The notes under the pieces are model-generated. The model saw only the letters and a program-made list of their open reading frames with translations. It did not search any database and had not been told where the DNA came from. Of a stretch of DNA of 64,000 nt, positions 9,761 to 18,097 are shown in pieces. Position 1 is the first letter of the stretch, and every line of letters starts with the position of its first letter. Source of the stretch: a virus; the IMG/VR virus record IMGVR_UViG_3300021962_000040, positions 1-64,000 of that record. One strand, given 5' to 3'. The translations under genes and the position numbers were made by a program.

Positions 9761-10183
9761 ATGTCTGAAGAAAAATACTCTGCGGGAGAAGTTTATGACT
9801 TAACCCAAAATCTTAAGGGATTAGAAATTAATACAGGTTTTATCCTAGGTCTTGAAAGGATTCTAGTTTATTTCCTAACAAAAGTCATTGAGGATAAGTC
9901 TACTATACCTCCAATGTTTAAGAAGTTTGAGGAGTTATTATCTCCTAATACAGCGGGGAATCCACCTCAATTAACTGAGATGGAAGCCCACATCTATACT
10001 TTATTTGCTTTGCAACAACTACTTAGAGCTTCAGCTTATGATCAAAATCTAGTTAGAAAAGTAGAAAATGCTATCAAAGATGAAGATATCAAAGACTTCT
10101 TGAAAGCATACGTTGAAAACAATGCTGATGAAGCAAAGTCAATGTATGATAAAATGCAACAAGACTTATCATCTAAGGTTTAA
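9761..10183 (+). CDS. hypothetical protein on the opposite strand to its operon (likely start MSEEKY at 9761)
   Basis: Fills the gap between ung and the NinB-like gene; protein-like composition; own TATATTTG element. Confidence 0.75.
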   Translation: MSEEKYSAGEVYDLTQNLKGLEINTGFILGLERILVYFLTKVIEDKSTIPPMFKKFEELLSPNTAGNPPQLTEMEAHIYTLFALQQLLRASAYDQNLVRKVENAIKDEDIKDFLKAYVENNADEAKSMYDKMQQDLSSKV

Positions 10184-10552
10184 GTTGTTAAAGTCACCAA
10201 TTTCTATACAGGCTTGTATAGCAAGGTTTAATTCTGATTTGTCACAGTCTGCAAATGATTTGCAATACTCAGTGTTATTTCTTGTGAAGCACAAGCCTGA
10301 TTGACGTTTTACCATAAGTTTGATTTCTTCAAAAGTATAGCCAAGTTCATTGGCTATCTCTCTACACATGGCATGTATTCTAGCAAGCTGTGCATTACTA
10401 CCTTTATCTGTAGTAACCCCAATAAATAGATCTAAATGAGCACCATCTGGGATGGATTTCAAGAAGTTTTTAAACCTTGTTTCATTAGCCTTTAAGGGAA
10501 AATGTAATTCACCGTCCTTGACGGTTAGTTTCATGTAAATATTGTCTCTCAT
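10169..10552 (-). CDS. NinB/Orf-like recombination protein
   Basis: SNAQLARIHAMCREIANELG, KSFADCDKSELNLAI pattern. Confidence 0.55.
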   Translation of the reverse strand: MRDNIYMKLTVKDGELHFPLKANETRFKNFLKSIPDGAHLDLFIGVTTDKGSNAQLARIHAMCREIANELGYTFEEIKLMVKRQSGLCFTRNNTEYCKSFADCDKSELNLAIQACIEIGDFNNLNLR

Positions 10553-10623
10553 ATACTGATTGTGACATGAGTTCCCGGTTGTTCATCACCTGGATCAGAG
10601 ATAATTATGATGTAGTTTTCCAT
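10549..10623 (-). CDS. 24-aa micro-protein (MENYIIISDPGDEQPGTHVTISI)
   Basis: Manual translation; ATGA overlap with the NinB-like gene. Confidence 0.5.
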   Translation of the reverse strand: MENYIIIISDPGDEQPGTHVTISI

Positions 10624-10897
10624 TTTTAAAGTAGTTTGTTTTTTTCTTTTCAATCCTAGCATTAATATAGGTAGAATCATAGTAATTTACTAATTCAGTT
10701 ACCCACATCAGTACGTCAGCAATTTCATCTTCAATCTGTTGATCATTCATTGCACCTTTTTTATTGATATTTTGCATAAGTGCAGTAGCAAGTTCACAAC
10801 ATTCTTCAGCTGCTTTTCTTTTTGTGTACTCAGCATCAAAAAATGTTGCAGAAGGATTTAAGAAATTATCAATTGCACCTTTTACTTTTTCAATCAT
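10595..10897 (-). CDS. MazG-like nucleotide pyrophosphohydrolase
   Basis: KAAEECCEL...IEDEIADV (EExxE...ExxD) pattern. Confidence 0.7.
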   Translation of the reverse strand: MIEKVKGAIDNFLNPSATFFDAEYTKRKAAEECCELATALMQNINKKGAMNDQQIEDEIADVLMWVTELVNYYDSTYINARIEKKKTNYFKNGKLHHNYL

Positions 10898-10903
10898 AAT
10901 TTT

Positions 10904-11086
10904 TTAGTTTAATAGTAAATAACTAATAGTAATACCTGCTAAGAAATGCAGAATAGAATAATAAATTAATTGTTTTACTGTACTTTTAGTACACTCTAAT
11001 TCTCCAATATAACGAAGAACACTAATTGGTGTTTTAATGTAGTCTTCTTCAGCATTTTTTCTAAAATAATCTAAATCTTTTTTCAT
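10904..11086 (-). CDS. small membrane protein
   Basis: C-terminal hydrophobic helix; coupled ORF. Confidence 0.6.
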   Translation of the reverse strand: MKKDLDYFRKNAEEDYIKTPISVLRYIGELECTKSTVKQLIYYSILHFLAGITISYLLLN

Positions 11087-11484
11087 ACTTCTGGAACAAA
11101 TAATATTTTTTTAGTATTCCAAAGGACTCTTCCTTGAGAATCTTTCATATACTCTTTTTCATTGTGAGCTTGAATACGGTATTCTTGCTTACATCTTGAA
11201 CACTCCACGTAGTTATCTTCAACATCACCTCCATCTGGTTCATAATCTTCAAAGATCTCATCAAGATCTTCTATATTTTTATGACCACATGAACATGTGA
11301 ATTTAACAGATACACTATAAGTTGTTTGCTCTTCACAAGTAAAAGAACCTTCAATTGTTTTCTCAGCATTTTCTTCTCTTTGTTCAGCTTCTTTAATGAG
11401 TTTGATCATCTCTAGATTACCAAACTCAGGAGGGACAATTTCATTTCCCCTATAAAATTTACCATCTTTTAATATCAATCTCAT
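11083..11484 (-). CDS. Zn-ribbon hypothetical protein
   Basis: CSCGH...CSRC. Confidence 0.65.
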   Translation of the reverse strand: MRLILKDGKFYRGNEIVPPEFGNLEMIKLIKEAEQREENAEKTIEGSFTCEEQTTYSVSVKFTCSCGHKNIEDLDEIFEDYEPDGGDVEDNYVECSRCKQEYRIQAHNEKEYMKDSQGRVLWNTKKILFVPEV

Positions 11485-11496
11485 TATCGTTATTGT

Positions 11497-11625
11497 TTAT
11501 TGCTTAGGACCTTTTTGTGCTTTCTTAACAGCTTTATCTACATAGACACCTTTTGTATGGCATGATTTAGATGTGCTGCATGATACCAAAATGATACCTA
11601 TAATAATTGCAATTAGTTTTTTCAT
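11497..11625 (-). CDS. 42-aa lipoprotein
   Basis: Manual translation MKKLIAIIIGIILVSCSTSKSCHTKGVYVDKAVKKAQKGPKQ; signal peptide with lipobox LVS/C. Confidence 0.7.
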   Translation of the reverse strand: MKKLIAIIIGIILVSCSTSKSCHTKGVYVDKAVKKAQKGPKQ

Positions 11626-11637
11626 TGTTCTTGTTGT

Positions 11638-11796
11638 TTAGTTATAATATTCTACTACTTCATAGTGAGACATGTGCCCACAATTAATACACTCTAATTT
11701 GTCACAAGACTCATGGTGTACTGACAATGACTCATGCCCGCATAAGTCACACTTAATAAGAGCACTTACCCATCCTATTTCTTGTTCCTCACTCAT
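11638..11796 (-). CDS. 52-aa Zn-ribbon protein
   Basis: Manual translation ...IKCDLCGH...LECINCGH... Confidence 0.65.
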   Translation of the reverse strand: MSEEQEIGWVSALIKCDLCGHESLSVHHESCDKLECINCGHMSHYEVVEYYN

Positions 11797-11804
11797 TATT
11801 TTCT

Positions 11805-12011
11805 TTACTTAAATCTTATTGAGTTCTCTACTTTGATGAACTCTTGTCCACAACTTTCACAATACAAATCATGATGACTAAATTCAATTAGATTTGCTTT
11901 AAAACAATTAGGACACATTATACCGGAGTCAAATACTGAAGCCTGTTCAATTTGTTCTTGATCAGCTTCTTGCTCCCTTACTTCCATAAAAATTTCTTTC
12001 ATTTTACCCAT
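11805..12011 (-). CDS. Zn-ribbon protein
   Basis: CPNC...CESC. Confidence 0.65.
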   Translation of the reverse strand: MGKMKEIFMEVREQEADQEQIEQASVFDSGIMCPNCFKANLIEFSHHDLYCESCGQEFIKVENSIRFK

Positions 12012-12243
12012 AGTTAATACCTTTATGTTTGATTACATAGTGATACAACCATCCACAGTCATCATCTTCATGTTCCTCTTCATGAACAGCTAAATATTCA
12101 GGAAGGACCTGTTGGATTGCTTGCATGTCTGTACGTCTCCAATAGCCAAATCTAAGATTAAAAAAACCGGCAGAATCAGAATCAATCTGAAAACTGCCGG
12201 CTACATTATAGATTGCCTGGAATACCTCAAAGTCTAATCTCAT
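12004..12243 (-). CDS. hypothetical protein
   Basis: 79 aa coupled ORF. Confidence 0.6.
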   Translation of the reverse strand: MRLDFEVFQAIYNVAGSFQIDSDSAGFFNLRFGYWRRTDMQAIQQVLPEYLAVHEEEHEDDDCGWLYHYVIKHKGINYG

Positions 12244-13334
12244 ACTACCACAGTTGTTATTTTTTCTTGATCTAATCCTTCTAGTGCTTTATCTACCCAT
12301 TTCTCATCTATAGTATCTTTATAACACAGGATATGACAAGTAGCTACCTGAGTTGGATTAAGTCTTAATAGACGGCCAATTCTCTGAGCAGACTTTCTTT
12401 CATTGCCATAAGCATGCATTATGATACCAACTTTAAGATCTGGTACAGTAACACCTTCATTAAGCTGCATTACACAAGATAGTTTTTGTATTCTACCATC
12501 CTTAAACAACTGAAGATTCTCATCAGATTTAGGATTAGTAGAATGATAACTATGCTTACATATTCTATCAGCTTGTTCTTGAGTATTGGCAAATATGATA
12601 CACTTGCTACTCACCTGATCTAAAATACTTTTAAGATAAATCTCTTTGGTATTATAGTCCATCATTGCTCTCATTCTAAGAATAGAAAAGAACTGTAATT
12701 GTTTTGGTGTATTTGCTGTAGCCAATTGCTTGGTCAGATAATCATAGTCATTCTTTTCAGAAGTATACCATACACCACCATTTTTATTCTTCTTCTTGAA
12801 TGCTGGCAGTTTACTCAAACTAATTTTGTGAACATAAATTCTGTAATCATTTAGAATTTTTTGGTCTGTTGCTTGATCTACAGAAAACTTAAATACAATA
12901 GGACAGTATTTATAAACCATTCTATATTTCTCACTGGTTTTTCTAACAGGTGGTGTTCCTGTTAAACCTAGAATCTTACCTTGAAAGTTTTCAAGAAAAG
13001 TTTCATGAGTATCCAATAGACTGTGGCATTCATCTAAATAGACAATGTCATAATCAGTAGGATCCTGTTTGTTTATAGAAAGATATGTGCTAAATACTAT
13101 ATGCTTGCTTAACTTTTCTAGATTCATTTTCTTTAGTTCATCTTCCCAAGAGTCTTTAATAGACAATTTGGGTATTACAACTAATACCTTTATGAGAGGG
13201 TGGTAGTTTTTCATTAGATGTTTAATAGCAATTCTAGTCTTGCCAACACCCATAGAAATACCAACACCACATCTTTGATACTTTTCTATCTCTTTTAATG
13301 CTTGTTCTTGTACTGAATCTTTTTTAGTTACCAT
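12240..13334 (-). CDS. SF2 DExH helicase
   Basis: SMGVGKT, DECH, GLTGTP, LNEGV, QRIGRLLR. Confidence 0.88.
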   Translation of the reverse strand: MVTKKDSVQEQALKEIEKYQRCGVGISMGVGKTRIAIKHLMKNYHPLIKVLVVIPKLSIKDSWEDELKKMNLEKLSKHIVFSTYLSINKQDPTDYDIVYLDECHSLLDTHETFLENFQGKILGLTGTPPVRKTSEKYRMVYKYCPIVFKFSVDQATDQKILNDYRIYVHKISLSKLPAFKKKNKNGGVWYTSEKNDYDYLTKQLATANTPKQLQFFSILRMRAMMDYNTKEIYLKSILDQVSSKCIIFANTQEQADRICKHSYHSTNPKSDENLQLFKDGRIQKLSCVMQLNEGVTVPDLKVGIIMHAYGNERKSAQRIGRLLRLNPTQVATCHILCYKDTIDEKWVDKALEGLDQEKITTVVV

Positions 13335-13351
13335 TTGATAAATGTTTTAAA

Positions 13352-13559
13352 ATGAATAAGAAGATCTCTTCCAGGCTCACCCTGGTTGTGGATTTGATTG
13401 AACATAGTTTACTGTTCACCTGTTGTAAGTGCACTACAGAGCAGGGTCCATCACATTATACCTTGAGGCATTTAAAACTTATTGGGTAATTACTCCCATA
13501 AGTCAAGGTTTCTTTCAACGGTGCTAATCTGTCTTATGTAAGAGATCTTTCTTACTCAT
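13352..13559 (-). ncRNA. putative structured ncRNA (~210 nt multibranch) between tRNA-Leu and the helicase
   Basis: Ends pair over ~19 bp (13352-13370 with 13540-13559); internal helices ACCTTGA/TCAAGGT, CTTATGGG/CCCAATAAG, TGAACA/TGTTCA, CCAGG/CCTGG; no ORF in the track. Confidence 0.65.
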
Positions 13560-13561
13560 AG

Positions 13562-13644
13562 TAGCCGGGATGGGACTTGAACCCACACGAGCAAATGCTC
13601 AAGAGATTTTAAGTCTCTCATGTCTACCTTTTCATCACCCAGCT
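13562..13644 (-). tRNA. tRNA-Leu (anticodon UAA)
   Basis: Acceptor AGCTGGG/CCCGGCT, D-loop GGTAGAC, anticodon arm AGAGA-CTTAAAA-TCTCT, long variable arm, T arm GTGGG-TTCAAGT-CCCAT; CCA not encoded. Confidence 0.92.
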
Positions 13645-13647
13645 AGT

Positions 13648-13767
13648 GTGCTGTCTTTCCAGCAGTCATAGCTTTTCTTACAGCTAACCGTGTTCCCTTA
13701 TCTCCAGAGACCAATAGCACCCGTTTATACTTTGGGTACACCAAGTGCTTGTCTTTCCAAGCTGTCA
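13648..13767 (-). repeat. two copies of a TGAC[AT]-GC..GGAAAGAC..GCAC hairpin motif
   Basis: TGACTGCTGGAAAGACAGCAC (13668-13648) and TGACAGCTTGGAAAGACAAGCAC (13767-13745). Confidence 0.7.
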
Positions 13768-13812
13768 CGATTTTACTAGTGTCAGACAATTGTTTTGCCT
13801 CTCATTACCTCA

Positions 13813-14061
13813 CTAGTTTTGGGGAGCCTCTACCTGATTACTGGCATCCATTCCTCCGAGCAGGGGAAAATTTCTTTGTTTCATCTCTTCATCAAGAGCT
13901 TGATCTGGACTATAGATTTTGTTGCATTTACCACATATGTGTGCTTCACCATCTTCAGTCCAAGTATTAATATACTCACCTTCTTTTATATGAGGTGAAC
14001 ATGTTTCACAATTACAGGCATTCTGAGTTCCACAATGGGGACAATAAAAAGCTCCTAACAT
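13813..14061 (-). CDS. Cys-rich Zn-binding hypothetical protein
   Basis: CPHC...CNCETC...CGKC. Confidence 0.65.
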   Translation of the reverse strand: MLGAFYCPHCGTQNACNCETCSPHIKEGEYINTWTEDGEAHICGKCNKIYSPDQALDEEMKQRNFPLLGGMDASNQVEAPQN

Positions 14062-14074
14062 ATTAATAATTTTG

Positions 14075-14148
14075 TGATCCCATCTGGACTTGAACCAGAA
14101 ACCTACAGCTTAGAAGGCTGTTGCTCTATCCAATTGAGCTATAGGACC
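14075..14148 (-). tRNA. tRNA-Arg (anticodon UCU)
   Basis: GGTCCTATAGCTCAATTGGATAGAGC-ACAGC-CTTCTAA-GCTGT...GGTTCAAGTCC...TGGGATCA cloverleaf. Confidence 0.95.
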
Positions 14149-14154
14149 AAGTAT

Positions 14155-14445
14155 TTACTCTTTTTCTAGGTCTCTAAGAATCTTTTTAAGGATAGATGAA
14201 AGCATGTCTTTTCTTTGTGATTCAAAGTCATTGATTTTCTCTGCTAAATATTGTGTTGTTACAAATATAAGCTCTGAATAGCTAAGTTCTTCAGCTAATT
14301 TTTGAGCAATGTGACTTGGTTTCTTATTACCTGCTGTTACAACTTCTATTGCTATTTCAGATAACTTTCCACTTAGTTCAGCTAAATGGGATTCAGAGAT
14401 TCCTAGAGCTTCAGCAATATTTTTTGATTCATGATTAAATTCCAT
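14155..14445 (-). CDS. hypothetical protein
   Basis: 96 aa ORF in the operon. Confidence 0.65.
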   Translation of the reverse strand: MEFNHESKNIAEALGISESHLAELSGKLSEIAIEVVTAGNKKPSHIAQKLAEELSYSELIFVTTQYLAEKINDFESQRKDMLSSILKKILRDLEKE

Positions 14446-14447
14446 AG

Positions 14448-14717
14448 TTAATATCTTGATTGTGAATAACCTAATTCCTTTGCTTCCTCTGGATTTTTTT
14501 CTATCCAGTCATGACAATTTCTACATACTGAAAGCCAGGTAGAAGTATCCAAGTGATACTTCCCCCTACCTTTCATGTGGTGAATGTCCGTAGATCTAAG
14601 AGTACAGTTAAAGACTTTAGCTTGACACATGGGTAATTTGTCAAGATGAATTTTTCTCAACTTTGAATAATCAGAGTTGGTCTTTACCATTTTCTTAGAT
14701 ACTTTGTTTAGGGACAT
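14448..14717 (-). CDS. small HNH endonuclease-like protein
   Basis: CQ....C....TDIHHMKGRG...WLSVCRNCHDWIE. Confidence 0.75.
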   Translation of the reverse strand: MSLNKVSKKMVKTNSDYSKLRKIHLDKLPMCQAKVFNCTLRSTDIHHMKGRGKYHLDTSTWLSVCRNCHDWIEKNPEEAKELGYSQSRY

Positions 14718-15228
14718 TACCTTTGAGTGTTAAAAAGTTTTTTGGTAGCAAACCTTCAGACATAAATTTTAGTATTACATCTTCATAGGTTAAGCCTAGA
14801 TCTTTTAAAGAAAGTGTATTCTTATATTCCGGAATGTACTCTTCTGCCGGGATATCAATAATTGCTCTGACATTTTCTCCAAATAGTTTATAAAGATAAT
14901 CATTTATTCTCCTGTTAGAAACAGTTTGTTTCCAAATGTTGAGAACATCTTGGCCTCTTTGCCATACTTTTTTGATTCTTCTTTTCTTGTCCCAATGGAG
15001 TTTAGCTTGTTCTTCCAGAGTATAAACATTTAAACCATGTAACACACGTTTAAATAAAAAGTGTTGATGAGGATTAAGCTTAGTGTAATCTAATTTCATC
15101 AAATCTTCTTTGGTGTGTAGTTGATACTCTTGAAGTAAGCCATAATAAGCATACCTTTCTTCTCTTAACTGTAAATAGTTAATGTCTTGCTGAGTTTTCA
15201 GCTGTTGAATTTGTTCTGGATTTAGCAT
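14695..15228 (-). CDS. hypothetical protein
   Basis: 177 aa ORF with AAAACCAAAC leader. Confidence 0.75.
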   Translation of the reverse strand: MLNPEQIQQLKTQQDINYLQLREERYAYYGLLQEYQLHTKEDLMKLDYTKLNPHQHFLFKRVLHGLNVYTLEEQAKLHWDKKRRIKKVWQRGQDVLNIWKQTVSNRRINDYLYKLFGENVRAIIDIPAEEYIPEYKNTLSLKDLGLTYEDVILKFMSEGLLPKNFLTLKGNVPKQSI

Positions 15229-15258
15229 AAGTTTGGTTTTAAGTGTGTGTCTATAAAG

Positions 15259-15289
15259 AAAAAAAGGGCAGCATTACTGCCACCCTTTT
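15259..15289 (-). terminator. intrinsic terminator
   Basis: AAAAGGGTGGCAGTAATGCTGCCCTTTTTTT on the minus strand. Confidence 0.75.
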
Positions 15290-15310
15290 AATCAAATTGG
15301 TACTCTAAAA

Positions 15311-15901
15311 TTAAAGTTCAAATGTATCTTCTAGATCATCTACAATAACTTCTTCTACTGCATCATCAACTTCTTCAACGTCATTTGAATCATCTTTCAA
15401 ATCAAATGCTTCTTGAATAGTTGCTGTTGCTACTGCAGAAACTTTGTTGATATTAGAAGTAGCACCATTTGCACTACGGATTGCATCAACATTGTTATGT
15501 TGTACAAACTCATCTTGTTCACTTGGATCAGCTGTATAATAAGTGATTCTATAAATAGGCTCACCATAGATACAACATACAATTCCTGTGTCACCAGCAA
15601 TCTTTAAGTGCTGATCAGGATTTTCTTCACTGAATGGAGTGGTAGATTCTTTAACTACAATCTTACCTGGAAGTTCCATTCCCTTGGTAAAACCAAACAT
15701 TTTCAATTCTTCCATTTTACCTTTAAGAAGAGTTGTCATCTTTTGAGTTTTTAACCAACCTACATTCTTAAGATTAGCAGGATTAGATTGAATCATTGTG
15801 CGTGATTGTTGTAAGACTACAAAACCATACTCAGGATTGTTTTTGCTTTGGCGGATAACCATACCGTTATCATCAGCCAATACTGTTACTGGGCTGTACA
15901 T
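15311..15901 (-). CDS. hypothetical protein with acidic tail (possible ssDNA-binding/OB fold)
   Basis: Beta-rich core, acidic C-terminus ending DTFEL, followed by a terminator. Confidence 0.7.
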   Translation of the reverse strand: MYSPVTVLADDNGMVIRQSKNNPEYGFVVLQQSRTMIQSNPANLKNVGWLKTQKMTTLLKGKMEELKMFGFTKGMELPGKIVVKESTTPFSEENPDQHLKIAGDTGIVCCIYGEPIYRITYYTADPSEQDEFVQHNNVDAIRSANGATSNINKVSAVATATIQEAFDLKDDSNDVEEVDDAVEEVIVDDLEDTFEL

Positions 15902-15927
15902 GTTTTTTAAAATTTTAAGTGAATTGA

Positions 15928-16212
15928 TTAAATGAAATCCCCTTCATCTTCGGGGAAATAGTATGGGTCAACCCTATTACTTAGAAGATCTATATCATCT
16001 TCTGATAGAAAAACTTCTTCTTCTTCTTGACTTATATCTTCCAATGCTATTTCAACATTTTTAGAAGAGTACAGGTTGTAAAAGGGGTTAACACAATCTT
16101 TAGTATAGGCAATACCTAATGAATTCAAATCTTGAATGTCTTGGTCAGTCATATCAAGATATTGTTCAACTGAGAGCTCAATTATACGTCCATTAGGAAG
16201 CTGTAAAATCAT
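15928..16212 (-). CDS. acidic hypothetical protein
   Basis: MILQLPNGR..; upstream TATATTTG at 16242-16235. Confidence 0.7.
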   Translation of the reverse strand: MILQLPNGRIIELSVEQYLDMTDQDIQDLNSLGIAYTKDCVNPFYNLYSSKNVEIALEDISQEEEEVFLSEDDIDLLSNRVDPYYFPEDEGDFI

Positions 16213-16318
16213 TTTGACTAATGATAAATTAGATCAAATATATAATTTTACTAATTGAATTCAAGCTGTTACATTAAAATATTACATGAGACTTGTAAAA
16301 TAATTAGCATTAATATAG

Positions 16319-16582
16319 CTATCTCAATATTAATAATTTACCTTTTCTGGTTAAATAACCTTTAGTTTTTAGTTCTTTGATGTATGCAGATACTTGAGAT
16401 ACACTTTTATCACTTATATCCGCCAGTGTACTTAAAGACGGAAAGCATTCTCTTTGCTTGTTTGCATATGTACTAAGTATGGCATACAATCCTTTTGCTT
16501 GTAAACTAAGATCAGGGTCTGTCATTATATCTTTTGAAACTATACCAAAGCTATGGCTTTTTTTGAACATATTGTTCAGCAA
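16319..16582 (-). CDS. winged helix-turn-helix protein (HTH_36-like)
   Basis: LSLQAKGLYAIL...CFPSLSTLAD.....V..YIKELKTKGYL. Confidence 0.75.
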   Translation of the reverse strand: MLNNMFKKSHSFGIVSKDIMTDPDLSLQAKGLYAILSTYANKQRECFPSLSTLADISDKSVSQVSAYIKELKTKGYLTRKGKLLILR

Positions 16583-16790
16583 TTAAACTAAAGGCTTTGT
16601 TGAAGTCTTCTTCTGCAATTAGTTCCGGGTTATCCCAATTATACTTGGTAGACATCCATCTACCAAATGTGGGAATTAATACATCATTCACTGATGTCAT
16701 CTTCTTCAAGGTCAGATACTCTTTCAAGTGCTCTGTCAATAACTCTGGGGATATATGTGCCATTGTAATGAGGGATTTGAGATTTTTCAA
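16551..16790 (-). CDS. hypothetical protein (true start probably MAHISP at 16763)
   Basis: ORF in the operon. Confidence 0.55.
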   Translation of the reverse strand: MKNLKSLITMAHISPELLTEHLKEYLTLKKMTSVNDVLIPTFGRWMSTKYNWDNPELIAEEDFNKAFSLIAEQYVQKKP

Positions 16791-17190
16791 TTTTAATCAT
16801 CTCAAATATACTCAAACTATGCTCATATGGTGTTTCTTCCCCATAAAAAAGATTACATTTCATGCTATGATGGTAACAATCATGTTCATTATGCCAGTCA
16901 TTACTCTTTATGACTTGGCCAAAAACATAACCATCTTCAATAAGTCCAAGATCAATAAGCCTATCTTCAAAGAAGTGTTTGCTCTTATGACCATATGGGA
17001 CTTTCACTTTGAAATAATCATTAGGCTCAAAAATGGATATCCTATCCTCTGTAAGCAGCATGTTGATTATACCATTTAGAACATCTGATGTAGAATTACT
17101 GACAATGAGATTGGCAATTTGATCTGATACAGGAGATTTAAGATGTCTTTGAATGAACTTTGCTATCACTGGTTTACTAATCTGTACCAT
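16684..17190 (-). CDS. hypothetical protein
   Basis: 168 aa ORF. Confidence 0.65.
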   Translation of the reverse strand: MVQISKPVIAKFIQRHLKSPVSDQIANLIVSNSTSDVLNGIINMLLTEDRISIFEPNDYFKVKVPYGHKSKHFFEDRLIDLGLIEDGYVFGQVIKSNDWHNEHDCYHHSMKCNLFYGEETPYEHSLSIFEMIKIEKSQIPHYNGTYIPRVIDRALERVSDLEEDDISE

Positions 17191-17419
17191 TTAGTGTTTG
17201 TTTTAATAATTTCAACTTACGTTCAGCATTTTCTTTTGCTTCTTTGCTTATAGAGCTTGTTGTTAAGACAAAGCTTAAGTTCCATTCTTCTCTTGATAGC
17301 TCATTACGGGATAAACCCCTGAGCCATTGCATGTATTCTTGGTCTGTCATATAAAGATTTATGAATAGAGACGGGCTGGTTTCCCACTTACGCCATAAGG
17401 ACCCATCAGTATTCTCCAC
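17177..17419 (-). CDS. hypothetical protein (start uncertain)
   Basis: ORF overlapping the next gene. Confidence 0.5.
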   Translation of the reverse strand: MENTDGSLWRKWETSPSLFINLYMTDQEYMQWLRGLSRNELSREEWNLSFVLTTSSISKEAKENAERKLKLLKQTLNGTD

Positions 17420-17500
17420 TTACCAAACCATAGCTATATACTACTACTGTTATATAGTAATATATTCCTGGTACTGTTAGTATCCGGTATACCGGAAACT

Positions 17501-18097
17501 TCAGACATAGTTATTGATATTGATTAGCACAGATCCATCAATGGAAAAATCTAAATGTTCCTTGATAAGTACTTGTGAATCTTCATTTTTAACTTGTCTG
17601 ATAATACTTTTAATTTGCTCAGCATCCATCTTTTTAAAAGAATCCATGAATCTTTTATAAGGTTTCATTATCTCATGCTTTTGCTCAATCATGTGATATG
17701 TACTTAAAAAAGCTAGACCTTCTCTTTTTGTATTGACAGATACCGTGTACTCATAAGGATTGTAAAAACTTATTGAGAACAAATAATCCTTATCATATTC
17801 ATACATCAGGATATGATCATACTTATATGCATAAGAACTATGTACATAAGTCTTACTAACCATTTGAAGTTTATTCATTAACCACTTTGGTGTCTTGTAT
17901 GTTAATGTAAACTTTAGTTGTGTATGATTTTTGTCAATAAAATAAGACTGTGAGAGTGAATAATTAAAGAATTTTGTCCAAATACTTATAATATTATTCT
18001 CACGATCTGCTGAAATATTACTTTCATTCATACACCGTGGTCCATAATTCTTTATCCTTACAAGTGTTGCTTGCTTATTCCCCTCTTTTATCTTCAT
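17501..18097 (-). CDS. hypothetical protein
   Basis: 198 aa ORF with ATGA coupling. Confidence 0.65.
   Translation of the reverse strand: MKIKEGNKQATLVRIKNYGPRCMNESNISADRENNIISIWTKFFNYSLSQSYFIDKNHTQLKFTLTYKTPKWLMNKLQMVSKTYVHSSYAYKYDHILMYEYDKDYLFSISFYNPYEYTVSVNTKREGLAFLSTYHMIEQKHEIMKPYKRFMDSFKKMDAEQIKSIIRQVKNEDSQVLIKEHLDFSIDGSVLININNYV

Noticed and set aside
13500-13561. Theta (HDV-like) ribozyme 3' of tRNA-Leu
   Set aside because: Could not build the nested double pseudoknot; the sequence forms a long closing stem instead.
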